From a virus (taxonomy: Duplodnaviria; Caudoviricetes): a stretch of 24,995 nucleotides of DNA. The notes below the pieces were generated by a model. That model searched no databases, was not told the origin of the DNA, and saw only the letters and a program-made list of their open reading frames with translations. Where the stretch lies: the IMG/VR virus record IMGVR_UViG_3300027819_000281, positions 1-24,995 of that record; one strand, 5' to 3'. Both the position numbers and the translations under genes were made by a program. Shown here piece by piece: positions 1 to 8,238 of this stretch (the stretch's first letter is position 1; each line of letters begins with the position of its first letter).

Positions 1-164
1 CTTTACCACATTTAGTTGCAATTGTAAAACAAAATTTTGATAATAATAGTGATAACAGATTTGTAAAAGTAGAAGCAAGTGGGCATGGTTATTCACTTAA
101 CGGAGCAACAGTCAGTAGAAGTTTAAATGTTTTAATTCAAAATAATTACGGAGATGTAGTATAA
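1..164 (+). CDS. 3' end of a hypothetical protein (truncated by window start)
   Basis: Frame 3 is open from base 3 (LPHLVAIVKQNF...VKVEASGHGYSLNG...YGDVV) to TAA at 162-164; followed by the AGGAG RBS of the next gene. Confidence 0.65.
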   Translation, partial: LPHLVAIVKQNFDNNSDNRFVKVEASGHGYSLNGATVSRSLNVLIQNNYGDVV

Positions 165-183
165 ATTAAAAAGGAGAAATAAA

Positions 184-426
184 ATGCAAGAAGAAAAAAA
201 TGAAACAACAGTTAAAAGACCACCAACAGAAACAGAGTTACTACAGTTGCAAATAGAAGCATTAAAAACACAATTAGAAAAAACTGAAAAAGAACATCAA
301 GATTATGTAAAAAGTTTTGAAGTATTTGATTTTGCTTCTGTTGCAAAAGCTATTGAACATTTTACATATACAGATCACACTGGTAGAACAGCATCACAAG
401 TAGTTTTAAGCTTAGGTAATAAATAA
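184..426 (+). CDS. hypothetical protein, coiled-coil N-terminal half (80 aa)
   Basis: AAAGGAG RBS upstream of ATG; heptad-like LLQLQIEALKTQLEKTEKE. Confidence 0.75.
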   Translation: MQEEKNETTVKRPPTETELLQLQIEALKTQLEKTEKEHQDYVKSFEVFDFASVAKAIEHFTYTDHTGRTASQVVLSLGNK

Positions 427-429
427 AAT

Positions 430-873
430 ATGACAAAAAGACTATATCTTCCAACTCTTGCAGAATTAATAGATAGAATGTCAATTGTACAAATGAAACA
501 AATTTTTATTTCACAAAATGCAGAACAATATGAGATAGAAATTAAAAATATAATGCATGATATAAATGAATTACTTATAAATAAAGAACCAAATAATGAA
601 TTGATATTTAATGCAAAATGTATTCGTGCATCTCTTATAATTCAATTAGCAAACAGGGTTATATGGGAGAATGAATCTAAAGCACGTTTAGGTGGATCTG
701 ATCAAGATAAATTATTGAAATTTACACATTCTATTAATGGTATTAGAAATACAGCTAAAAATATTATATCAAAAGAAATGGGTGAAAGAGTTGATTTGAA
801 AATAGATTCTTTGGCTGCAGATTTACCAACAGAATATGGTAATTGGAATATATTTACAGGGTGGGAACAATAG
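430..873 (+). CDS. conserved helical protein of the 'ELIDRxSIxxxK' type (DUF4254/DUF6165-like), usually near glycan genes
   Basis: N-terminal LPTLAELIDRMSIVQMK and later IWENES...SINGIRNTAKNII recall this family; family assignment from memory. Confidence 0.55.
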   Translation: MTKRLYLPTLAELIDRMSIVQMKQIFISQNAEQYEIEIKNIMHDINELLINKEPNNELIFNAKCIRASLIIQLANRVIWENESKARLGGSDQDKLLKFTHSINGIRNTAKNIISKEMGERVDLKIDSLAADLPTEYGNWNIFTGWEQ

Positions 874-880
874 TATAATT

Positions 881-1348
881 ATGAACTATAAAATATTTAA
901 ATTAAGAAAATATGATTATAAAAAAATATTAAAATGTTTAGGAAATGGTTTTTCAAAAAATGTAAGTTTAAAAGATAAAAAATTTATTAAAAAAATTTTT
1001 AATGAAAAATGGATAGGTTATGGTGCATTTATTGAAAATCTTGAAGCTAGTGGTTTAAATGATGATTTTGTATTAGATCTTATTGGTTATTGTTTTATAA
1101 AATATCCTCAAAAAAGACCTGAAACAATGACTGTTGTTAGAAAAGATTTTAGAGATAAAGGAATAGCAACAGATTTAAGAAATTACGCCTTAAAACAGAG
1201 AGAATTTATAGGGCATATAATTTATTCTTCTGTAAAATTAGATAATCCAGCTTCATTTAAGTCAATTATAAAGTCTGGGTTTAATGTATTTGATGTTACA
1301 AAAGATGGTTATATACAATTGATAAAAATATTAAAATATGAAAATTAA
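881..1348 (+). CDS. GNAT-family acetyltransferase
   Basis: Acetyl-CoA motif A VVRKDFRDKGIAT and motif B DNPASFKSIIKSGF. ATG at 881 preferred over 836 because it follows the upstream stop (873). Confidence 0.8.
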   Translation: MNYKIFKLRKYDYKKILKCLGNGFSKNVSLKDKKFIKKIFNEKWIGYGAFIENLEASGLNDDFVLDLIGYCFIKYPQKRPETMTVVRKDFRDKGIATDLRNYALKQREFIGHIIYSSVKLDNPASFKSIIKSGFNVFDVTKDGYIQLIKILKYEN

Positions 1349-1535
1349 AAAAATAACAATAAAAATAGAATATGATGATGCAAGATTTAGTTTTGGTTCA
1401 ATATTTGTGCCAGAAGAGTTTAGAACAAAAAAAGATATTAAAAAAAATTTATTTAAACCACAAACTAATAGTCCTATTGAATGGTTTGAAAATACACTTA
1501 AAACAAATGATTTTGACAGCAATAATAAAGTTTGA
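1338..1535 (+). CDS. hypothetical protein (65 aa)
   Basis: ATG overlaps end of GNAT gene; fills gap in the operon; no motif. Confidence 0.55.
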   Translation: MKIKKITIKIEYDDARFSFGSIFVPEEFRTKKDIKKNLFKPQTNSPIEWFENTLKTNDFDSNNKV

Positions 1536-1701
1536 AAAAACATTAGATATAACTATATTAAAAACAATAAAATTTCCAGAATATGTTTTAGAAAAATGGT
1601 GTTCTGGTTGTAAAGTTGAATTTATTTCTGATAATGATTATGATAAAAAGAAGGTTTTTATTCATAATTTATTAAAGGAAATAGAATGCAAAGAGTATTA
1701 G
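1507..1701 (+). CDS. hypothetical protein (64 aa, MILTAIIKFEK...)
   Basis: 3' part of the 1372..1701 ORF; ATG at 1507 minimises overlap with the preceding ORF. Confidence 0.5.
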   Translation: MILTAIIKFEKTLDITILKTIKFPEYVLEKWCSGCKVEFISDNDYDKKKVFIHNLLKEIECKEY

Positions 1702-2621
1702 TAACAGGAGGAGCTGGATTTTTAGGCAGCGTATTAGTAGAAGAATTATTAAAAAAAGATTATATAGTAACAGTAATAGATAATTTTTTATATCGACAAA
1801 CATCTTTATTAAATTTATGTCACAATAAAAATCTAAAACTTATAAAGGGTGATGTTAGAGATATAGAGTTAATGTCAAATTTAATACCAGATGCTGATGT
1901 TATTATACCACTGGCTGCTATTGTTGGTATGCCTGCCTGTAATAGAAATCCAGATTTAGCAACAGAAGTTAATTATGAAGCTATAAAATTTATAGCACAA
2001 AATAAATCAAATAATCAATTATTATTATATCCTAACACTAATTCGGGTTATGGTATAGGTGAAAATAATATATATTGCACAGAAGAAACAAAATTAAGTC
2101 CAGTTTCTTTATATGGTAAAACAAAAGTAGAAGCAGAAAAAGAAGTTTTATCTATAGAGAATTCTATGGTTTATAGACTTGCTACGGTTTTTGGAATGAG
2201 TTCTAGACCAAGACTTGATTTATTAGTAAATGAATTTGTTTACAAAGCTTTTAATGATGGTTATATTGTATTATATGAATCACACTATAAAAGAAATTAT
2301 ATTCATATTAGAGATGTAGCTGCTGGGTTTATTTGGGCAATAGAAAATTGGGATAAAGTTAATGGAAATGTATTTAATTTAGGTTTGTCAGATGCAAATC
2401 TTTCTAAATTAGAATTATGTCTTAAAATTAAAGAATTTTTACCAAATTTTCACATAGATTTAGCAGAAGTATCAAAAGATCCAGATCAAAGAAATTATAT
2501 TGTATCAAATGAAAAAATAGAATCTAAAGGATTTAAAGCTAAAATTTCTATTGAAGATGGTATAGAAGAATTATTAAAAGCATATCAAATATTAAATATA
2601 AATCAATATAGCAATTTATAA
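1686..2621 (+). CDS. NAD(P)-dependent NDP-sugar epimerase/dehydratase/reductase (extended SDR)
   Basis: TGGAGFLG Rossmann motif, LAAIVG, YGKTK (YxxxK), RLATVFG, RNYIHIRDVA. Confidence 0.93.
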   Translation: MQRVLVTGGAGFLGSVLVEELLKKDYIVTVIDNFLYRQTSLLNLCHNKNLKLIKGDVRDIELMSNLIPDADVIIPLAAIVGMPACNRNPDLATEVNYEAIKFIAQNKSNNQLLLYPNTNSGYGIGENNIYCTEETKLSPVSLYGKTKVEAEKEVLSIENSMVYRLATVFGMSSRPRLDLLVNEFVYKAFNDGYIVLYESHYKRNYIHIRDVAAGFIWAIENWDKVNGNVFNLGLSDANLSKLELCLKIKEFLPNFHIDLAEVSKDPDQRNYIVSNEKIESKGFKAKISIEDGIEELLKAYQILNINQYSNL

Positions 2622-2641
2622 AGATATAACAAAATGGAAAT

Positions 2642-2947
2642 ATGATACATCGTAACATAGATAATACAGAGCGTTTAGTTTTTTATCAAATGAGAGAAGA
2701 TTATATAAGAGTTAATAGTCAAAATAGACATTCAGATATTCCATATTTTGATATATATTATCCTAGTAAAGAATTTCCTATTGGTAAAGAAAATGAAGAC
2801 AAATTTTGTGTTGTAGAGATTGGTGGTGAAAATTATCATTATTTTAATATATTAGATGAATGTATTATTTATGTATTTAAAGTATTTAATGAATATTTAC
2901 AGAAAATAGAATATTTTACTAAAGAAAGTAAAGAAAATGAAATTTAA
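2642..2947 (+). CDS. hypothetical protein (101 aa)
   Basis: ORF between SDR and PLP enzyme, overlapping next start; no motif. Confidence 0.65.
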   Translation: MIHRNIDNTERLVFYQMREDYIRVNSQNRHSDIPYFDIYYPSKEFPIGKENEDKFCVVEIGGENYHYFNILDECIIYVFKVFNEYLQKIEYFTKESKENEI

Positions 2948-4133
2948 ACAACCAAAATATCCATTAGCATACGACACAATAGATAAATCAGATATAAACG
3001 CTCTTTGTGAGTGGCTTCGAAAAGGTGAGAGGCTTTCAAAGGGCGATCTTACAATAGAGTTTGAAAAACAATGGGCTAAATTTATAGGAACAAAATATTC
3101 AGTTTTTGTAAATTCAGGTTCATCTGCTAATTTTTTAATGGCATTGGCTTTATTATATTCTGAAAAACTAAAAAATAAAAAAGTTATAGTACCATCAGTT
3201 GGCTGGGTGACTACTGTTGCACCGTTTATGCAATTGGGATTTGAACCAATTATGTGTGGAGCTAATTCTTCTAATTTTGGATTAGAATTAGGTGAATTAG
3301 AATTTTTGTGTAAAAAACATAGACCAGCTATTGTTATTGCTGTAAATGTATTAGGTTTTAGTAATAATATTGCTTATTTAAGAACATTACAAAAAAGATA
3401 TGGATTTTGTTTATTAGAAGATTCTTGCGCAGCTCTTGGTTCAGAATATTATTCTCCTATTTCAAATGAACATGGTTATAAAGTTGGTTCACTGTCTGAC
3501 ATGTCTTCATTTTCATTTTATTTTGGACATCAACTTTCAACAATTGAGGGTGGGATGGTAAACACAAACGATGATGAATTATATCATTTAATGTTAATGT
3601 TAAGAAGCCATGGTTGGGGTAAAGATTTACCCAGAGGAGAGTATAATAATTTAATTGCAAAATATAACATAGATGATTTTCATTCTCCATTTACATTTTT
3701 TGTACCTGGTATGAATTTAAGATCTACAGATTTACAAGCATTTTTAGGTTTAAGACAAATAGAAAAAGCAAATTTTGTATCAAATAAAAGAAACGACAAT
3801 CATAGATTATATTATAAATTATTATCTGATTATTTTAAAATGCAATATTATACACCAGATGATATGTTTGTTAGTTCTATAAGTATAGGAGTTTTAGCTA
3901 ATAGTATAGAACATAGAAAAAAAATTGTAGAAAAATTAGTTGAAAATGATATTGAAACAAGAGTGTTTAGTGCAGGAAATTTAGGTAGACATCCATTTTG
4001 GGTAAATAAATATGGTGAATTTAGAGATGTTATTAGTGATAGAATACATGATACTGGATTTTTTTTACCAAATTATCCAACAATGACAGAAGAAGATATA
4101 GAATTTATCTGTAATATAGTAAAATCAGCTTAA
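2937..4133 (+). CDS. DegT/DnrJ-fold PLP enzyme, ColD-type NDP-4-keto-6-deoxyhexose 3-dehydratase
   Basis: VNSGSSAN, LEDSCAALG, SFSFYFGHQLSTIEGGMV (His at the position of the usual Schiff-base Lys), LRSHGWGKDLP, FxFFVPGMNLR; no Fe-S Cys cluster of E1/DdhC. Confidence 0.88.
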   Translation: MKFKQPKYPLAYDTIDKSDINALCEWLRKGERLSKGDLTIEFEKQWAKFIGTKYSVFVNSGSSANFLMALALLYSEKLKNKKVIVPSVGWVTTVAPFMQLGFEPIMCGANSSNFGLELGELEFLCKKHRPAIVIAVNVLGFSNNIAYLRTLQKRYGFCLLEDSCAALGSEYYSPISNEHGYKVGSLSDMSSFSFYFGHQLSTIEGGMVNTNDDELYHLMLMLRSHGWGKDLPRGEYNNLIAKYNIDDFHSPFTFFVPGMNLRSTDLQAFLGLRQIEKANFVSNKRNDNHRLYYKLLSDYFKMQYYTPDDMFVSSISIGVLANSIEHRKKIVEKLVENDIETRVFSAGNLGRHPFWVNKYGEFRDVISDRIHDTGFFLPNYPTMTEEDIEFICNIVKSA

Positions 4134-4136
4134 AAT

Positions 4137-4841
4137 ATGATATCAAAACAAGAACTTATAGATTTTGAAAAAGATGTAGAACAAATTTATTTTGCAGGTG
4201 GTATAAAAGCACCAATACATTTGTCGTCTGGAAATGAAGACCAGTTAATTGAAATATTTAAAAATATAAAAGATACTGATTGGGTGTTTTCTACATGGAG
4301 AAGTCATTATCATGCTTTACTTCATAATATACCAAAAGAAAAAATTAAACAACAGATATTAGATGGTAATAGTATTACATTATGTTTTCCAGAGCATAAT
4401 TTTTACACATCAGCAATAGTTGGCGGCATTATACCAATAGCCTTAGGTGTAGCTGTAAGTATAAAATTGAAAGAAATAAAAAGAAAAAAACAAATTAATT
4501 TATTACAAGATGCAATTGCTATTAATGAAGATTTAAAAAATAAAATTAATGAAGATTTAAATTATTTTTTATCTATTAAAGATGAACAAGTTTACTGTTT
4601 TATTGGTGATATGACTTTTAATACTGGTATATTTAAAGAATCATATGAATATGCAATAAATAATAATTTACCAATTACATTTGTTTTAGAAGACAATCAA
4701 TATAGTGTAGGGACACCAACAACTGAAGCTCAATTTTCATTAAATAAAAATAAATATTTAGATGGCAAAACTAGATTAATACAGTATTCTTATAACAACA
4801 AATATCCTCACAGTGGTATTGGAACTTTTGTGGCATTTTGA
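4137..4841 (+). CDS. ThDP-dependent enzyme, E1-alpha-like (PP-binding) subunit, short
   Basis: PIHLSSGNE, STWRSHYHAL, SAIVGG, ThDP motif GDMTFNTG...VLEDNQYSV; 234 aa including an insertion. Confidence 0.88.
   Translation: MISKQELIDFEKDVEQIYFAGGIKAPIHLSSGNEDQLIEIFKNIKDTDWVFSTWRSHYHALLHNIPKEKIKQQILDGNSITLCFPEHNFYTSAIVGGIIPIALGVAVSIKLKEIKRKKQINLLQDAIAINEDLKNKINEDLNYFLSIKDEQVYCFIGDMTFNTGIFKESYEYAINNNLPITFVLEDNQYSVGTPTTEAQFSLNKNKYLDGKTRLIQYSYNNKYPHSGIGTFVAF
4521..4561. repeat. 17-bp direct repeat (ATTAATGAAGATTTAAA x2, period 24) inside E1-alpha gene
   Basis: Copies at 4521-4537 and 4545-4561 encode INEDL twice. Confidence 0.85.
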
Positions 4842-4843
4842 TT

Positions 4844-5077
4844 ATGAATAAATACGATAAATTTACAATTGAATTTTATAAATATTTAAGACTTCAAGCA
4901 CAATATTTAAGAATTGGACAAGCATTGATGAATTTTCTTTTTATTTTTGATAAAGAAGAATATGAAAAAATTACATCTGCTCATTATTATGATAAAACAA
5001 ATGTTGACTGTTATTATTTAGATAATTTAATACCTAATACATTAGAACATTTACAAAAAGTTTGGAAAGATCAATGA
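4844..5077 (+). CDS. hypothetical phage protein (RIGQALMN motif)
   Basis: ORF between alpha and beta subunits; its TGA overlaps the beta ATG (ATGA); alternative TTG start at 4838. Confidence 0.7.
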   Translation: MNKYDKFTIEFYKYLRLQAQYLRIGQALMNFLFIFDKEEYEKITSAHYYDKTNVDCYYLDNLIPNTLEHLQKVWKDQ

Positions 5078-5604
5078 AATATTTTGATGAAATTAAAAAA
5101 TCAATGGAGTGGCTTGCTGAAAAAGGAGATACAATATTTCTCGGACAAGCAGTTTCATTTCCAGGAACTGTATTGACAAAAACTTTAAAAGATATAAACG
5201 ATAATAAAAAAATAGAAATGCCAGTTGCTGAAAATATGCAAATGGGAATTTCTATAGGCATGTCATTAAATGGATTTATACCAGTTACAATATATCCAAG
5301 ATTTGATTTTCTAATATTAGCTGCAGATCAATTGGTTAACCATTTAGATAAATTACCTGCAATTTCACAATATAAAAAGATTCCTAAATTAATTATTAGA
5401 ACTACAGTAGGTTCTAAAATACCATTACACCCAGGGCACCAACATTGTAATGATTATACAGATGCTTTTAAATTATTATTACCAACAATTAATGTTGTAA
5501 AGTTAAATGAATCAGAACAAATATTTGAAGAATATAAAAAAGCATATTTTAGTATAAAAAGTACTTTAATAGTTGAAATAATGGATTATTATAATTTAAA
5601 ATAA
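5074..5604 (+). CDS. ThDP-dependent enzyme, E1-beta/transketolase pyrimidine-binding subunit (no C-terminal domain)
   Basis: EMPVAENMQMGISIGMSLNG, DFLILAADQLVNHLDK, LHPGHQH; ATG at 5074 (ATGA overlap); only 176 aa. Confidence 0.87.
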   Translation: MKYFDEIKKSMEWLAEKGDTIFLGQAVSFPGTVLTKTLKDINDNKKIEMPVAENMQMGISIGMSLNGFIPVTIYPRFDFLILAADQLVNHLDKLPAISQYKKIPKLIIRTTVGSKIPLHPGHQHCNDYTDAFKLLLPTINVVKLNESEQIFEEYKKAYFSIKSTLIVEIMDYYNLK

Positions 5605-5605
5605 T

Positions 5606-6148
5606 ATGTTTACATTTAACGCATCTGCAGCACATGTAAAAGATATATTAAATTTTGAAGGTGTTTATCAATTTACACCTGGCAGATATTGTGATAATAG
5701 AGGAGAAAATGTTTTTACATTTCAAAAAGATATGTATGAACAATTACTTGGTGTAGAATTTGTAAAAGATGAAATATCAATATCAAAAAGAAATGTTATT
5801 AGAGGACTTCATGGTGACAATAAAACTGGTAAGTTAATACAAGTTTTATATGGTGAAGTTTTTTTTGTAGTTGTTGATTATAGAAAAGATAGTAAAAATT
5901 ATTTACAACATAGAACGTTTATATTAAATTCAAATAATAGATTACAAATATATATCCCACCAAATTTTCTAAATGGTCATATGTGTTTATCTGAAGAATG
6001 TGTTTTTTCATATAAAATGACACAATATTATTTTGGTATTGAAGATCAATATTCAATAAAATATGATGATAAAACTTTAAATATAAAATGGCCATTGGAT
6101 ATAAAACCAATTTTATCAAATAGAGATTTAGAAGCTAAAAATATATGA
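5606..6148 (+). CDS. rmlC: RmlC-family NDP-4-keto-6-deoxysugar 3,5-epimerase (cupin)
   Basis: DNRG, NVIRGLHGD, GKLI, VVVDYR, IPPNFLNGH, SYK, LNIKWP, ILSNRD. Confidence 0.88.
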   Translation: MFTFNASAAHVKDILNFEGVYQFTPGRYCDNRGENVFTFQKDMYEQLLGVEFVKDEISISKRNVIRGLHGDNKTGKLIQVLYGEVFFVVVDYRKDSKNYLQHRTFILNSNNRLQIYIPPNFLNGHMCLSEECVFSYKMTQYYFGIEDQYSIKYDDKTLNIKWPLDIKPILSNRDLEAKNI

Positions 6149-6309
6149 ATTATTTTTTTGGCTCTTTATTGTGTTTTTTGTTAAATGAACATAAATTTTT
6201 TGGATTTGATAAGCTTTATTTTAATAAAGAAGATAAATTTTTTTCTTTAACTATATGTTATAGATGCAATAAAATCAATAAAATAAAAGAATATGAACCA
6301 AACAAGTAA
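6145..6309 (+). CDS. small C/H metal-binding phage protein (54 aa; DUF1660-like pattern)
   Basis: Not in ORF track. ATGA overlap with rmlC stop; MNYFFGSLLCFLLNEHKF...ICYRCNK has a C-x5-H...CxxC pattern. Confidence 0.6.
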   Translation: MNYFFGSLLCFLLNEHKFFGFDKLYFNKEDKFFSLTICYRCNKINKIKEYEPNK

Positions 6310-7291
6310 ATATAACTTTAATATATATTTAGAACAAATTAAGAAATTAAATATTCTTGTTATTGGTGATATAATGATAGATAAGTGGGAATATTTTAAA
6401 TCTGTTAGATTGTCTCAAGAAGCACCAGTGCCAATTGTAATACCAGAAAAAAAAGAAGAATATGTATTAGGTGGTGCTGGTAATGTTGCAAAAAATTTAG
6501 ATTTATTAGGCGCAAATGTGTATTTATTTTCATTAATAGGTAATGATAAATATTCTGATTTATTAATTAATGATTTAATAAAAAAACAATCTAATATTAA
6601 ATTTCATTTTGTGTCTGATTCAAGAGTTAATACTATAAAGCAGAGGTTGATAGTAGATAATCAACATTTTTTAAGAATAGATAGTGAAAATACTAAAGAT
6701 ATTTCTGGCTATGTTTACAATGAATTTATTAAAAATATAAATAATATTTTTAAATTGGAAAAATTTGATGCTGTTATTTTACAAGATTATAATAAGGGTC
6801 TTTTAAGTGATAATGCAGTAAGCTTTATAATTAATAAATGTATAGCAAATAATATTAAAGTATATATTGATCCTAAAAAAATAAGATATTTTGAGGGTGC
6901 ATGGTTATTAAAACCTAATAAAAAAGAATTCTTTGAATTAACCAATATAGATATAAATAAAAATAATTATGATAAATATTCAATTGGTGTATATGATTGG
7001 ATGCATGTAAAAAATGTTAATAATTTATTGATAACTTTATCAGAAGATGGTATGGTTTTTTATGGTAGTAATGGTAATATTACATATTTTAATGAAAAAT
7101 TTATTTTTGATAATACTGTTGATGTTACTGGTGCTGGTGATATTGTTATAGCTTTATATACTGCATTAGATTTATTAAAAAATGTTTCTGAATATGAAAA
7201 ATTATATTATACATCTTTAGCTTCTCAAACAGCAATAACAAAGCGTGGTACATCAATCTTTTCGTTAAATGAAATTTCAAAATATATTTAA
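6293..7291 (+). CDS. rfaE1: PfkB-family sugar kinase, HldE/RfaE domain I type (D-glycero-D-manno-heptose-7-phosphate kinase)
   Basis: ILVIGDIMID, RLSQEAPVPIV, LGGAGNVAKNL, LRID, DYNKGLL, DPK, KPNKKE, DVTGAGD; no fused adenylyltransferase domain. Confidence 0.88.
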   Translation: MNQTSKYNFNIYLEQIKKLNILVIGDIMIDKWEYFKSVRLSQEAPVPIVIPEKKEEYVLGGAGNVAKNLDLLGANVYLFSLIGNDKYSDLLINDLIKKQSNIKFHFVSDSRVNTIKQRLIVDNQHFLRIDSENTKDISGYVYNEFIKNINNIFKLEKFDAVILQDYNKGLLSDNAVSFIINKCIANNIKVYIDPKKIRYFEGAWLLKPNKKEFFELTNIDINKNNYDKYSIGVYDWMHVKNVNNLLITLSEDGMVFYGSNGNITYFNEKFIFDNTVDVTGAGDIVIALYTALDLLKNVSEYEKLYYTSLASQTAITKRGTSIFSLNEISKYI

Positions 7292-7297
7292 AAAATA

Positions 7298-7326
7298 TTT
7301 ACAAGTCAACAGTATAATTTTATATT
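7298..7326 (+). promoter_or_regulatory. sigma70-like promoter upstream of SSB gene
   Basis: TTTACA (7298-7303), 17 nt spacer, TATATT (7321-7326); same layout recurs at 10805. Confidence 0.55.
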
Positions 7327-7374
7327 TAATTAATCAACAAATTCCTAAAAATAAATAAACAATAGGATTATTTT

Positions 7375-8235
7375 ATGTCAAAACAATCAGTTATAGATTC
7401 AATAAGAGAAAAACTTGCAAAACAAAGTAAGAATTCACAAAATAGTGAAAACAATAAAATGCGATGGTCACCAAAAGAGGGCGAAAAATATACTGTTAGA
7501 ATTGTGCCATATCAACATGGTGCAGACCCATTTACAGAGTTGCACTTTCATTATAACATAGGAAAAAACATAATGTGTCCTAAAGCAACTTTTCCGGGTG
7601 ATAATACAAAACGTTGTGCTATTGATGAATTTGCACAAGAGCTTTTAGCAGAAGCTAAAAAGTCAAAAGAAAAAAATAATGAATCATGGGAACAATTTAA
7701 ATTATTATCTCCAAGACCAAGACCACATTGTCCTATATTAATTAGAGGAAAAGAGAGTGAAGGTGTGAAATTTTGGGGTATGCCTATGAAAACATATAAT
7801 ACAATAGGTAAATATTTTTTAAATCCACAATGGGGAGATTTATCTGACCCAATAGATGGTAGAGATATTGAAGTTGAAGCAATAAAACAAAATAATGAAA
7901 AATATGCATCACCATCAATAACACCTTCTCCAAATAAAACAAAGATGATTACTACAGGAAATGTTAAAGAAGATAATAAAAAAGCAGCTGAAATAATCAC
8001 TTCTGTTCCAGAAATATATAGTGTTTTTGAAATACCATCATATGAAGATACAAAAGCTGTTTTAGAACAATATTTAGCTAAAGGAAATCAAGAAGAAACA
8101 ACACCAGAAGAAACATTACCAGAAGAAACACAGCAACCTTCAGAAAATGAAAACACAGATGTTGATCAGAATAATCCGGAAGATTCAGATGATATAGAGG
8201 TTTTATTAGCTAAAATGAAAAAAAATAAAAAATAA
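7375..8235 (+). CDS. T4 gp32-like single-stranded DNA-binding protein
   Basis: WSPKEG.YTVRIVP, ELHFHY...MCPK...RCAIDE, GVKFWG, WGDLSDPIDGRDI, long acidic C-terminal linker; adjacent to recombinase. Confidence 0.82.
   Translation: MSKQSVIDSIREKLAKQSKNSQNSENNKMRWSPKEGEKYTVRIVPYQHGADPFTELHFHYNIGKNIMCPKATFPGDNTKRCAIDEFAQELLAEAKKSKEKNNESWEQFKLLSPRPRPHCPILIRGKESEGVKFWGMPMKTYNTIGKYFLNPQWGDLSDPIDGRDIEVEAIKQNNEKYASPSITPSPNKTKMITTGNVKEDNKKAAEIITSVPEIYSVFEIPSYEDTKAVLEQYLAKGNQEETTPEETLPEETQQPSENENTDVDQNNPEDSDDIEVLLAKMKKNKK
8091..8135 (+). repeat. imperfect 15-bp tandem repeat x3 (EETxP) in SSB acidic linker
   Basis: AGAAGAAACAACACC / AGAAGAAACATTACC / AGAAGAAACACAGCA. Confidence 0.75.
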
Positions 8236-8238
8236 AAT

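Noticed and set aside
1338-1701. Programmed frameshift joining ORFs 1338..1535 and 1372..1701 at the A8 run (1440-1447)
   Set aside because: A-runs are common here, no stimulatory structure is visible, and a separate ATG at 1507 explains the second ORF.
4137-5604. Pyruvate dehydrogenase E1 as an auxiliary metabolic gene
   Set aside because: Both subunits are much shorter than PDH E1, no E2/E3 is present and the context is NDP-sugar enzymes.
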